A stretch of 64,000 bases of DNA from NCBI RefSeq assembly GCF_902713615.1, contig NW_024055760.1, positions 896,533 through 960,532 on the forward strand, written 5' to 3'. The notes under the pieces are model-generated. The model was not told where the DNA came from. It saw nothing but the letters and a program-made list of their open reading frames with translations, and did no database searches. Positions 37,286 to 50,419 of this stretch are shown here, one piece after another. The translations under genes were made by a program, and so were the position numbers. Source of the DNA: Scyliorhinus canicula (lineage: Eukaryota). The stretch's first letter is position 1; the number at the start of each line of letters is the position of its first letter.

Positions 37286-37874
37286 AGGGTTCTAGTGACC
37301 CGGATGGTGACAACACCAAACAAAACAGCTGGAGGACATTCTACTGAGCTGACTGGGTGGGAGGAGGACGGTCTGAAGGTTCAAATTAGAGCAAAATACT
37401 GCGGATGCTGGAAATCGGAAAGACATAAAATGTGGATGAATGAGCGGGTCTTTCAGCTTCTGAGGAGAGAAACAATTAATGTTTCGGATCGAAATGATCA
37501 CAGCCGCAGGGACTGAGTATGCAGAGGGGAGGTTGGGGAAAGTAGATTGTTAGTGAGCAGGGGTAGTTGGAGTGAGTGGGGAAGGAGATCTCAAGAGAGG
37601 AACCTGAGTGAGATGGGGAGGGGGTGGAGTTGAGTGAAGGGCTTCTGACTGAGTTGGGGAGGAAGTTTGATGAGAGTGACCTGAGTGGGCAATGATGGTG
37701 AGGCCAATATGCTTCTGACTGTGAGGGGAGGGGATATTGACATTATATGTTGGGGACCAGCATGGAGTGTCTGGGAGCAGCCTAAGATCCAAGGGAGCTG
37801 TGTGAATACTGTTGGTGGGGAGAACAGGCAGAGTGTAAGTCAAATATTTTATATCTGGAATGTTACAAGGGCAT

Positions 37875-38400
37875 ATTTTTGATTTGATTTATTGTCACAT
37901 GTACCAAAGTGAAAAGTATTTTTCTGTGACCGAGGGAACGTACACAGTACATACATAGTAGACAAAAGAATAATCAACAGAGAAGATTCACAAATTGTAC
38001 ATCGACAAACAGTGATTAGTTACAGTGTGGAACAAGGGGGCAAACAAAGCAAATACATGAGCAAAAGCAGCATAGGGCGTCATGAATAGTGTTCTCACAG
38101 GGAACAGATCAGTCTGAAGGGTGTCGTTGAGGAGTCTTGTAGCTGTGGTTAAGAAGCTGTTCCTACGTCTGGATATGCGGGTCTTCAGACTTCTGTCTGA
38201 TGGAAGGATCTGGAAGAAGGCAATGCCTGGGTGGGACGGGTCTCTGATGATGCTGTCTGCCTTCCTGAGGCAGCTGGAGGTGTGTACAGAATCAATGTGG
38301 GGGTGGCAAGTGTGTGTGATGCGTTGGGCTGAGTTCATCACACTCTGCAGTTTCTTGTGATTTGGACCGAGCTGTTGCCAGACCAAGCTGTGATGCAGGA
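37875..38400 (-). mobile_element. Rex1/Babar-like LINE 3' end
   Basis: IIRDPSHPG...LPS...KTRISRRRNSFLTTATRLLN. Confidence 0.7.
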
Positions 38401-39960
38401 CAACTCTTGGGCCTCCTCCACCATGCAAATGGTGTGCACTTGATACCCCTGATAAACCCACATGTCTCCAATTTCCACAATCTTCACTCTCAACAGGTTT
38501 CACCCTTCCCCCATCAATGGTTTTGTCATCAACATCTCCCTCCATACCACCCCCCTCACAAGATGTTCCATTTTCTCCAGTGGATTTGGTCACACCTGGT
38601 GTTGGGTGAACAGGTATTAGTGTGAATACGCCCACAGGCAGCAGATTTTGACATGACCTTGTGTGGAGTTGAATCTGAGAGGCCGGCAAGGGGAACATTG
38701 TGTAGTTAAGGTTTGAGGTGACAAAGGAATGAATGAATTTCAATAAGTGTCGAGGGTTATGGGGAACTGTCAGGAAAATGGAGAGAACGCTGAGATGAGG
38801 AGGGATCTTTACTCAAGGATGTGGTTAAGCTTTTGAATTCTGGAGCTTCAGTCATCAAATATGTTCAAGACACAGACTGATAGGTTTCTAGATATTGAAG
38901 ATGTCGAGGGATATGGGGGATAGTGTGGGAAAACGGTGCTGAGGTAGATCGGCCAATGATCCCATTGAATGGTTCCGGATCGATGAGCCGAATGGCCGAC
39001 TGCAGCTTGTATTTATTATGATCTCCTGGACAGGAAGCTGTGAGCTTGGATCTGTCAATCAGCCTGAATCAGCACCTTCAGGAGAATAGGGAGGGTGAAT
39101 ATTAGATACAGCAGAGTGAGAATGGAGGGAGAGTGTGTGGGATGGAGATTTACAGCTTTCGGGGAATAAGAGAGAGGAAAAAATGTGACATAGAAACAAG
39201 AATTGTCTGTTCTAAGTTTCTGCCCTGTGCTGGCAGTGATGAATTTTGTAAATTGTTTTTACAGGATATTAGATGAGGAGGAATTACAGACAGAAATCTC
39301 AAAGGTCTCGTCTCGATCTGACAGTCACTCGATTCCTTGGAACCTGAATATCATCGGCCTTTCAATCTAGATGGAGAAATATTTGCCCGAACTGTCACCT
39401 AAAGATTTCAAACATGAGTGTGGATGGAAAAGCACCGAGACCCACACAACACACACCCGAGTGAGAGTGTTCCAGTGAACTGACTGTGGAAACATCAGTG
39501 TGACGGGAAAAGCACCGAGACCACACAACACACACCCGAGTGAGAGAGTTCATAGACTCCCAGAATTTTCAGTGCAGAAGGAGGCCGTTTGGACCATTGA
39601 GTCTGCACCATCCCTTGGAAAGATCAGCCTGCCGAAGCCCACACCACCCTATCACCGTAACCCAATAACCCCACCCAACCTATTTCGACACAAAGGGCAA
39701 TTTAGCATGGTCAATCCTCCTAAACTGCACATCTTTGGACTGTGGAAGGAAACCGGAGCGCCCGGAGGAAACTGATGCAGACACGGGGAGAACGCGCAGA
39801 CTCTGCACAGCCAGTATCAGTGAACTTACTGTGGAAAGAGTTTTAACCAGTTACACAGCCTGAATAAACATAACATTCACACCAGGGAGAGATGTGTTCT
39901 GTCTGTGGAAGAGGCTTCAATTGATCATCCAACTTGGAGAGACACGAGGAGACCCAAAAC

Positions 39961-41031
39961 ATGGAGAAACAGTGGAAATGTAGGGACTGTAGGAAGGGAT
40001 TCAGAGCCCCATCTGATCTGGAGATTCATCGACGCAGTCACACTGGGGAGAGGCCGTTCACCTGCTCTCAGTGTGGGAAGAGATTCAGTCAATTATCTAA
40101 CCTTCAGGCACACCAGCGAGTTCACACTGGGGAGAGGCCATTCACCTGCTCTCAGTGTGGGAAAGGATTCTGTGATTCGTCCCACCTATTGAGACACCAG
40201 CGAGTTCACACTGGGGAGAAGTCATTCACCTGCTCTCAGTGTGGGAAGGGATTCACTCAGATAACGCACCTGCGCAGTCACCAGCGAGTTCACGCTGGAG
40301 TGAGGCCATTCACCTGCTCTCAGTGTGGGAAAGCATTTACTGAGTTATCCACCCTGAAGACACACCAGCGAATTCACACTGGGGAGAAGCCATTCACCTG
40401 CTCTCAGTGTGGGAAGGGATTCACTCAGCCATCCGGCCTGCAGACGCACCAGCGAATTCACACTGTGGAGAGGCCATTCACCTGCTCTCAGTGTGGGAAG
40501 GGATTCACTCAGCCATCCGGCCTGCAGATGCACCAGCGAGTTCACACTGGGGAGAGGCCATTCACCTGCTCTCAGTGTGGGAAGGGATTCACTCAGTTAT
40601 CTCACCTGCAGACACATCAGCGAGTTCACACAGGGGAGAGGCCATTCACCTGTTCTCAGTGTGGGAAGGGATTCACTCAGTTATCCGACCTGCGGACACA
40701 CCAGCGAGTTCACACTGGGGAGAGGCCATTCGCCTGCTCTCAGTGTGGGAATCGATTCACTCAGTTATCCACCCTGCAGACACATCAGCGAGTTCACACT
40801 GGGGAGAGGCCATTCACCTGCTCTCAGTGTGGGAAGGGATTCACTCAGTTATCCACCCTGAAGACACATCAGCGAGTTCACACTGGGGAGAGGCCATTCA
40901 CCTGCTCTCAGTGTGGGAAAGGATTAACTCAGTTATCTCACCTGCGGACACACCAGCGAGTTCACACTGGGGAGACGCCGTCCACTTCTCAATGTGAGAC
41001 GGGATTGCATGTTTCATTGGACCTTCTGTGA
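39961..41031 (+). CDS. ZNF-B: C2H2 zinc-finger protein, 12 fingers, from MEKQWKC
   Basis: Open frame 39934-41031; 11 near-identical [10 protein letters not shown]...[10 protein letters not shown] units; exon acceptor TTTTACAG ending 39264, upstream part of exon holds decayed fingers and a SINE (39552-39812,-). Confidence 0.9.
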   Translation: MEKQWKCRDCRKGFRAPSDLEIHRRSHTGERPFTCSQCGKRFSQLSNLQAHQRVHTGERPFTCSQCGKGFCDSSHLLRHQRVHTGEKSFTCSQCGKGFTQITHLRSHQRVHAGVRPFTCSQCGKAFTELSTLKTHQRIHTGEKPFTCSQCGKGFTQPSGLQTHQRIHTVERPFTCSQCGKGFTQPSGLQMHQRVHTGERPFTCSQCGKGFTQLSHLQTHQRVHTGERPFTCSQCGKGFTQLSDLRTHQRVHTGERPFACSQCGNRFTQLSTLQTHQRVHTGERPFTCSQCGKGFTQLSTLKTHQRVHTGERPFTCSQCGKGLTQLSHLRTHQRVHTGETPSTSQCETGLHVSLDLL

Positions 41032-41673
41032 CACCAACAATTTCACAATTGATTACAGGGGTTGGATTCTGCTGTTATTGTTTCTGCTCTACACCCAGGA
41101 CTGCATTTTGTTCATTCTGACAGGTGGTCAGTGGGGATGGTCGGAGGGTTTCTTTCTGGTGGACTGGCCGGTCCCCCGCTTTGCCTCCAGTGGGCTGATG
41201 CTCTTTGAGCTTTGTTGCTAATACCTGGCTTCAAATTGCACAAGGATCACAGAGTGAAAGGGTGTTTGGAAGTTTGAAGATATTTAGTTCCTATTTCTGT
41301 TTGGAACACCCCCCAAAGCCATGTTGCCATGGAGATGGACCCTGGTGGTTACATGGTTCTTTTGTTTCATTTATCTGGGTGTTCCTCACAGAAGAAAACT
41401 ATCAGAGTATGAGGGGCAAGTTGTCTGAGGTGGGAAACTGATTGGTACAGGGAATACCTAATGTTCAAGGAATTGTTACATATTTATCAGGGGTTGGTCA
41501 GCTCAGTTGGCCGGACGGCTGGTTGGTGATGCAGAGCAAGGCCAACAGTGAGGATTCAACTCCCGTACTGGCTGAGTTTATTCATGAAGGCTCGGCCTTC
41601 TCAACCAGGCCCTTCGCCTGAGGTGTGCAGACCCTCGGGTTAAATCACCTCCAGTCAGCTCTCTCTCTGTCAA

Positions 41674-42900
41674 CCTTAGCACTTCGCTTTACCGCAAGCC
41701 CACAGACAACCTCACGATGCTCCACTTCTCCAGCTTTCACCCGAAACACATTAGAGAAGCCATCCCCTATGGACAAGCCCTCCGTATACACAGGATCTGC
41801 TCAGACGAGGAGGAGCGTAACAGACACCTACAGATGCTCTCGTACGAATGGGATATGGCGCTCGACTCATCGATCGACAGTTCCAACATGCCACAGCAAA
41901 AAACAGCACCGACCTCCTCAGAAGACAAACACGGGACACCACTGACAGAGTATCCTTCGTCGTCCAGTACTTTCCTGGGGTGGAGAAACTACGACATCAT
42001 CTTCGCAGCCTTCAACACATCATCAATGAAGATGAACATCTTGCCAAGGGCATCCCCACACACCCACTTCTGGCCTTCAAACAACCGCGCAACCTCAAAC
42101 AAACCATTGTTTGCAGCAAATTACCCAGCCTTCAGAACAGGGACCACGACACCACACAACCCTGCCAGAGCAATCTCTGCAAGACATGCCAGATCATTGA
42201 CTTGGATACCACCATTACACGTGGAAACACCACCCACCAGGTACGCGGCACATACTCGTGCGACTCGACCAATGTAGTCTACCTCTTACGCTGCAGGAAA
42301 GGATGTCCCGAAGCATGGTACATTGGCGAGACCATGCAGACACTGCGACAACGAATGAACGGGCATCGTGCGACAATCACCAGGCAGGAATGTTCCCTTC
42401 TAGTCGGGGAACACTTCAGCAGTCAAGGGCATTCAGCCTCTGATCTCCGGGTAAGCGTTCTCCAAGGCGGTCTTCAGGACACGCGACAACGCAGAATTAA
42501 CGAGCAAAAACTTATAGCTAAGTTCTGCACGCATGAGTGCGGCCTCAACCGGGATCTTGGATTCATGTTGCATTACATCCACCCCCCACCATCTGGCCTG
42601 AACTTGCAAAATCCTACCAACTGTTCTGGCTTGAGACAATTCACACCTCTTTAACCTGTGATTATCCCTCTCCCTGGATCTGTCATGATTTGATTACCTG
42701 CAAATGCTCGCATTCCAAGCATTGTCCAGCATCTCTGACTTTGTCTATATAAATGTTTCTGGAACATACCTCTCCATTCACCAGAGGAATGAGCTGCGCT
42801 CCAAAAGCTTGTGTTTGAAACAAACCTGTTGGACTTTAACCTGGTGTTGTAAGACTTCTTACTGTGCTCACCCCAGTCCAACGCCGGCATCTCCACATCA
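41674..42900 (+). mobile_element. Penelope-like element, 5'-truncated (RT thumb + GIY-YIG endonuclease)
   Basis: YRKPTDNLTMLHFSSFHPKH...; NVVYLLRCRKGCPEAWYIGETMQTLRQRMNGH; terminus GGCATCTCCACATCA. Confidence 0.92.
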
Positions 42901-43234
42901 TGTGGATTAGGTGGATTGCCCGTAGTGTCCTAAAAAGTAGGGTTAAGGGGGAGTTGTTGGGTTACGGGTATAGGGTGGATACGTGGGTTTGAGTAGGGTG
43001 ATCATTGCTCGGCACAACATCGAGGGCCGAAGGGCCTGTTCTGTGCTGTACTTTTCTATGTTCTATGTCAAAGAGGAGAGAAGCCTATGGTCCTCTGGGA
43101 TTTTTGTGACTTTAATTTCACATATATACAACAAATATCGATTCCTTTAGGGAACAGAAATCCAACAGGAAAAGTAATGTAACCTTGGCTCACAAGAAAA
43201 GTTAAAGGTTCCATGAGATCCATTGGAATTCAGC

Positions 43235-46200
43235 AAAGGAGGATCAAGAAACTGATGAGAGCAAACTGGTGAGAAACATAAAAACCAATTGGAAAAGCTT
43301 TGACAGGAATGTGAAAAGGAAAAGATTATCAAAGACCAATGTGGGTCCATTCCAGGCAGAGACAGGAGAGTTTATAATGGGGAGTAAGGAAATGGCAGAG
43401 AAACTAAGCAACGTGAGTCAGTCTTCACAGAGGAAGATACAGAAATTGTCCCCAAAACATCAGAGAACCAAGGGACTCGCAGAGATTAGTATTGGTGAAA
43501 AAGTCGACCTGGAGAAATTAATGGGGCTGAAAGTGAATAAATCCCCAAAAGCTGATGATCCACATCCCAGAGTTGAATGAGGTGGCTGTAAAGATCTCCA
43601 TTCCTCATTCTAAATTCTCCTGACTCTATCTGGAATGGACAAAGCTTTGAGCCAAACATTTCCTTTTTACGTAGCCACAGAAACTTTTACCGTCCATTTT
43701 TATGTATTTTGCTAGTTCACATTCTATTCTATTCTCCCTTTTTTTCTTCGGTGTTGGTTGAAGAACTGAAGTAAATCAAAGAACAAAGAAAAGTACAGCA
43801 CAGGAACAGGCCCTTCGGCCCTCCAAGCCCGTGCCGACCATGCTGCCCGACTAAACTACAATCTTATACACATCCTGGGTCCGTATCCCTCTATTCCCAT
43901 CCTATTCATGTATTTGTCAAGATGCCCCTTAAACGTCACTATCATCCCTGCTACCAGCAACGCCTCCGGCAGCGAGTTCCAGGCACCCACTACCCTCTGT
44001 GTTTAAAAAAAATTTGCCTCCTACATCTCCTCTAAACCTTGCCCCTCGCACCTTAGACCTATGCCCCACAGTAATTGACCCCTCTACCCTGGAGAAAAAC
44101 GTCCGACTATCCACTCTGTCTATGCCACTAATAACTTTGTAGAAATCTATCAAGTTGCCCCTCAACCTCCTTTGTTCCAGTGAGAACAAACCGAGTTTAT
44201 TCAACCGCTCCTCATAGCTAATGCCCTCCATACCAGGCAACATCCTGGTAAATCTCTTCTGCACCCTCTCTAAAGCCTCCACATCCTTCTGGTAGTGTGG
44301 CGACCAGAATTGAACACAATACTCCAAATGTGGCCGAACTAAGGTTCTATACAGCTGCCACATGACTTGCCAATTCTTATACTCAGTGCCCCGGCCAATG
44401 AAGGCAATCATGCCTTCATTGCATGAAGCAAGCATACTTCTTGACTACCTTCTCCACCTGTGTTGCCCCTTTCAGTGACCTGTGGACCTGTACACCTAGA
44501 TCTCTCTGACTTTCAATACTCTTGAGGGTTCTACCATTCACTGTATATTCCCTACCTGCATTAGACCTTCCAAAATGCATTACCTCACATTTGTCCGGAT
44601 TAAACTCCATCTGCCACCTCTCCGCCCAAGTCTCCAAATGATCTAAATCCTGCTGTATCCCCATCGCTATCCGCAATTCCACCAACCTTTGTGTCGTCTG
44701 CAAACTGACTAATCAGACCAGTTACATTTACCTCCAAATCATTTATATATACTACGAACAGCAGTTCTTTCCTCGGGAATGAATCATCACTTTGGACAGG
44801 TTCTGAGACAATTAAGTTTTGACTTCCAGGACAGAGTAACTATAATCGTGGAGTGTGATTCCAGGTTATTTAAAAGGGCAAAGTTCTAATTTGTAGTTTA
44901 CTGTGTAGTTTTCCAAGTTAAAGTAGCTTCTAGCTTGTTGCATTAAAAGTCATAAAACTTGAAGTCCTGTCGTGTGATCCTTTTAATTTGTTGACTGGGA
45001 ATTTGATATTTTCTAAGAAGTTGCTGACCTTTACGGAGATCCTAATCCACAAGTTTTGACTCCCTATTTGAGCCTCGGGCACCTTTCTGTCGCTATTACT
45101 CGTGTCAATGACAGCCAGGTGATGGAGCTGAGGGCTGAATTTAGCTGAGAATAACGGGGCCTGTTCCCAGTTGGGAAACTGCCACGGGTGTCGCTAATAG
45201 AGACAGGAAGGTGCTGGAGGCCTGACTGAAATGAAATGAAATAAAAATCGCTTATTGTCACAGGTAGACTTCAAATGAAGTTACTGTGAAAAGCCCCGAG
45301 TCGCCACATCCCGCACCTGTTCGGAGAGGCTGGTACTGGAATTGAACCGTGCTGCTGGCCTGCCTTGGTCTGCTTTCAAAGCCAGCAATTTAGCCTTGTG
45401 CTAAACTGCGAACTGGACCTTCAGCCAATCAGGTTTCGGGGGCGGGGGGGGGGGGGGGTGACAGAGGCTGGCGATGATGTGACCCCTAGGGTTCAGTCCC
45501 CCGTATTCAAAGCGGGGATTCACGGGAACAGAGTACAGAGGAGCCAAAGGGAAACCATTTGGGATCCAGAACATTGTGAACATCCTGTCACTCTGGTTGT
45601 CTTTGATCCTCAATACATTTTCTGTTAGTTTTTTTAACCATGTTCTGTTTTGTCAATAAATGTTTAACAGGAAAATATTTGAATTTGTTGGACTTTTCCT
45701 GATTAAATATGTTCACTTTCGGGAAAGTGGGTGAGAGGGGTTGACAGGCTCTTTAACAGAAAGTGAGTCCATCTGAGGTAATTGGCAGAGGGGTAGAGGA
45801 GATTTGATTTTTCTTTTGACACAGTGATTGAAAATGGGGTTCAGAGAATCAATCGTGATTGACTAATTTATCAAGGTTCCTTGAGGAAGTAACAACAGAT
45901 GTCAATAAAGGGGAACCTGTAGATGTGCTTTATCTAGATTTCCAGAAGGTATTTCCCAAGGTGCCATATCAAAGGTTATTCCACAAAATAAGAGCTCTTT
46001 TTGTGGGGAGTAACATATTGAAAAGGAAATAAAATGAAAATTGCTTATTGTCACGAGTAGGCTTCAATGAAGTTGCTGTGAAAAGCCCCTAGTCGCCACA
46101 TTCCGGCGCCTGTTCGGGGAGGCTGGTACGGGCTGGTACAGGTATCAGCATGAATAGAGAATTGGTTAGCGAACAGGAAGCAGCCAGTAGGTATAAATGG

Positions 46201-48250
46201 GTCATTTCTGAGTGGGTAAGATGTGACAAGTGGAATGTCACCAGGATCAGTGCTGGGCTCCCAACCATTTACAATCTGTATGAATGTGTTGGATGACAGG
46301 ATTGAATGTCTGGCGGCTAAATTTTCTGATGGCTCAAAGACGGGTCGGGAAGTAATTTGTGAAGTGGATTTAAGGACTGCAAAGGACTACAAACAGGTGA
46401 AGTGAGTGGGCAAGAAACTGACAGATGGAGCAAACTTGGGAAAATGTCAATTGTCCACTTTGTTAGGAAGTATTAATATAAATAATATTTAAATGGAGAG
46501 AGATTGCAGAACTCTGAGGTACAGAAGAATCAGGGTGCCCGATGCCACGTTAGTCTGCAGGTACAGCATGTGATCAGGAAGGTCAATGGAATATTATTGT
46601 TTATTGCAAAGGAAATCTAATATAAATGTAGGGATGTTTTGCTGCAGTTGGATAGAGTCATAGAGGTTTACAGCATGAAAACAGGCCCTTCAGCCCAACT
46701 TGACGCTCCTGCCCAGTTTTACCTCTGAGGTAGTCCCAATTGCCCGCATTTCGCCCATAACCGTCTGTACCCAGCTTTCCCATATAACTGTTGAAATGCT
46801 TTTTAAAAGCAAAGTTGTACCCACCTCTATTACTGCATCTGGCAGCTTGTTCCAGAGACTCACCACCCTCTGTGTGAACAAAATTCCTCTCTGGACCCTT
46901 TTATATCTCTCACCTCAAACCTATGCCCTCTCGTTCTAGACTCCTCTACCTTTGGGAAAAGATGTTGACTATCTACCTTATCTGTGCCCCTCATTATTTT
47001 ACAGACCTCCATAAGATCACCCGAATCCTCCTGCACTCCAGGGAAAAAAGTCCTAGTCTATCCAGCCTCTCAACCCAAACCATCAAGTCCTGGTCACATA
47101 CGAGTAAATCTTTTCTGCACTCTTTCTAGTTTAATAATATCCGCTCTATAATAGGACCAGAACTATACACAGTATTCCAAGTGTGGTCTTATTAATATAT
47201 TATACAACTTCAGCAAGACGTCCCAACTCCTGTATTCAATGCTCTGACTAATGAAACCAAGCATGCCGAATGCCTTCTTCATCACCCTGTCCACCTGTGA
47301 CTCCACTTTCAAGAAGCTATGAACCTTTACTCCTAGATCTCTTTGTTCTACCATTAACTGAGTAGGTCCTGCCCCGATTATCACCTCACACTTATCAAAA
47401 TTAAACTCCCATCTGCCATTCATCGGCCCACTGGCCCAATTGATCGAGTTCTGTTGCAATCCTAAATAACCTTCACTGGTCATTATGCCACCAATCTTGG
47501 TGTCATTTGCAAACTTACTAACAATGCCTCCTACATTCTCATCCAAAGCATTAATATAAACAACAAATAATATTGGACCCAGCACTGATCCCTGAGGCAT
47601 ACCGCTGGTCACCAGCCTCCAGTTTGAAAGACAACCCTCTACAACCGTTCTTTCTCTTCTGTCGTCAAGCCAGTTTTGTATCCAATTGGCAACCTCATCC
47701 TGGATCCCATGAGATTTAACCTTATGCAGCAACCTACCATGCGGTACCTTGACAAAGGCCTTGCTAAAGTCCATGTCGACAACATTGACTGCACTGCCCT
47801 CATCTACATTGTTGGTTACCTATTTAAAAAACTCAACCAAATTTGTGAGACATGATTTTCTACTCTCAAAGCCATGCTGACTGTCCCTAATCAGTCATTG
47901 CCTCTCTAAATGCCTGTAGATCCTGTTTCTCAGAATACCTTCTAACAACTTATCCACCATGGATGTTAGGTTCACCGGTCTGTAGTTCCCAGGCTTTTCC
48001 CTGCGGCCTTTCTTAAACAAAGGCACAACATTTGTTACCCTCCAATCTTCAGACACCTCACCTGTGGCTGTCGACGATTCAAATATCTCTGCTGGGGAGC
48101 CCACAATCCCCCCCCCCCCCCGCCCCCTCTGCCCCCCCGCCCGCCCCCCCCTCCCCCTCCCCCCTCCTAGCCTCCCACAACGTCCTGGGATATAATTCAT
48201 CAGTTTCTGCGGATTCATCTACCTTGTGCTTTAAGCTGGATCTAACCCCA
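43235..48250. mobile_element. Stack of CR1-type LINE ORF2 fragments in both orientations
   Basis: 43235-43580(+), 43781-44763(-, VRPHLEYCVQFW), 45840-46640(+), 46655-48250(-, MDFSKAF..VPH, PQGSVLGP, FANDTK); head-B SINEs at 45226-45406(-), 46025-46135(-). Confidence 0.85.
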
Positions 48251-48384
48251 TTCCCCCACTCCACTTTGTGGGTAATCTGCGATCCAAAAACCAAATTTTA
48301 ATAGTCCCAGCTTCCCAAACCTTCCATCCTTCTCTCATAGCCTTGGCATCCAGGGATGGTTTTGCTAACCTGCCTGTGTATCTG

Positions 48385-48705
48385 CACCGGGCAGTGTTTG
48401 ATTATAAGAGTGTAACTGGAGCTTTACTCTGTATCTAACCCCGTGCTGTATCTGTCCTGGGAGTGTTTGACTGGGACAATGTACAAAGGGATATCTTCTG
48501 TGTCTAACCCTGTGCTGTACCTGTCCTGGGAGTGTTTGATGGGGACAGTGCAGAGGAGGATATACGTTGTATCCAAACTTGTACTGTACCTATTGTGGGA
48601 GTGTTTGATGAGGACAGCATGGAGGGAGATTTACTCTGCATCTAACACCATTTTGTATCAGCCTTGGGAGTGTTTCATGGGGCAATGTAGAGGGAGCTGT
48701 GCTGT
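48385..48705. repeat. ~65-bp satellite-like repeat, ~5 degenerate copies
   Basis: TTTACTCTGTATCTAACCC(C/T)GTGCTGTA(C/T)CTGTCCTGGGAGTGTTTGATGGGGACAGTG. Confidence 0.8.
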
Positions 48706-49667
48706 AACTGATTGGAGAATGGTTCAAGTCGGCACTTGGTACTCAGATTTTCCAGTACAGACACCCATCACTTAAAAAATAACATTTCATTCAGAGATAA
48801 GAGAAACCATCACCAGTTCTTCCACTGCTCCCCCCCCCCCCCTCCCACCACACACACACCGCACCCTCCCCCCCATCCCACACGGGCCAGTGAGAGTCCT
48901 GAACATTGTTGTACAGTCTGATTGATATTTCATGTGAACCTTTTTCTGTTCCATCGAATCCCTTCAGTGCAGAACGAGGCCATTCGGCCCATCAAGTCTG
49001 CATCGACCCTCCAATACGGCACCCCACTCAGGACCACTCCTCTACCCTATCCCCAGAAACCCACCTAACCTTTGGACACTCAGGGGAAATCTTTTAGAAT
49101 GGCCAATCCACCAAGGCTGCGCGTCTTTGAACTGTGGGAGGAAACTGGAGCACCCGGAAGGAACCCACGCAGACACAGGGAGGAAGTGCAAACTCGACAT
49201 AGTCACCCAAGGGCGGAATCAAACCCCCTCCCTCTGATCTCCAGTCAGCCTCTGTTCGAATGAAAAGAGCCCCAGTTTCTCTAATCCCTCCTGGTAACTA
49301 AAGCCTCTCTTCCCTGGGATCAGCTCTGTGAATCTCTTCTACACCCTCTCCATGACCTTGATATCCTTCCTGGTGTAAGATCCCCAAAACCTGATCAAAT
49401 ATTCCAACTGCAGCCCAACCAATGATTTGACCAGGTTTACATGACCTCTGTCCTTTTGTACTCCACACCCAGAATTATAAAACCTTGGATCCCATGTGTT
49501 TTTTAAACACTTTATCAACTTGTCCTCCCACATTTAAACATTTGTGTATCTGAACTCCTTTTAGGGTTTTGGATACATTGGCTGAAATACAGTGACATCC
49601 AAGGTCTGATATGATGTGTGTTATGGGAGAGAGAAGTTTAGTCTGAGTTAGAAACTCAAGTAGGCGC

Positions 49668-49799
49668 TTCACTGCAGACAGGTCACCATGGAAACGCTGA
49701 TAAGACATTCCTTCACTGCAGACAGGTAACCATGGAAACGCTGATAAGACAGTCCTTCACTGCAGACAGGTCACCGTGGAAACGCTGATCAGACATTCC
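49668..49799. repeat. 44-bp tandem triplication
   Basis: TTCACTGCAGACAGGTCACCATGGAAACGCTGATAAGACATTCC at 49668, 49712, 49756. Confidence 0.92.
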
Positions 49800-50159
49800 A
49801 TTCCACAGAATCCACTCATTGGAAACTCTAATCGGATGGGGGAGAAGACAGAGTTTGTCTGTTATTAACCTCAACATAAACTTAAACCAGAGTAAATAAT
49901 GGTACAGATTAAATTCTAATGTGTGATGTTTATAGCTGCAGTAATGGAATTATCAGAAATAATAGAATTAACAGACTGGGTAGTTTTGGGGAAAATGAGG
50001 AAATTGCTGAAGAAACGTAACTGCTGGGAACAGGAGAATGTGTCCTTGTAAATCACAGATTAGAGAAATTCCTGCTGTCTTTTCCTCACTTGCTGCATGA
50101 ACTGTGTTCCGTACTGGCCACCAAACTTCAGGAAAGATACATTGCACTTGGTAACAGTC

Positions 50160-50400
50160 CAGTACAGATTGACCATGATGAAGTGAGGCTGGTGAACTGA
50201 GTGAATCCCTTCCCACACACGGAGAACATTAACGGTCGCTCCGCAGTGTGAACATGTCGATGAATCTCCAGGTCTGATTAAATCTATTCCACAATCCCAA
50301 GATTTCCAAGGTTTCTTCGAGCATGATGACATATTGTTCGAAAGGTTAGACCATCGGTTACAACGTCATCCACATTCCGAACACGTGAACTATTTCTCAC
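50160..50400 (-). pseudogene. ZNF pseudogene fragment
   Basis: Reverse complement EK*FTCSECG*...KKPWKSWDCG...HTAERP...SVCGKGFTQ with stops and frameshifts. Confidence 0.75.
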
Positions 50401-50419
50401 ACATTGAACTGTGTCTTTG

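Noticed and set aside
27103-40997. Long alternative-frame ORFs over the ZNF exons (MWEGIHS..., MGRDSLS...)
   Set aside because: Typical shadow frames of repetitive C2H2 arrays
44765-45225. Possible solo LTR
   Set aside because: No TG...CA termini, TSD or second copy identifiable by eye
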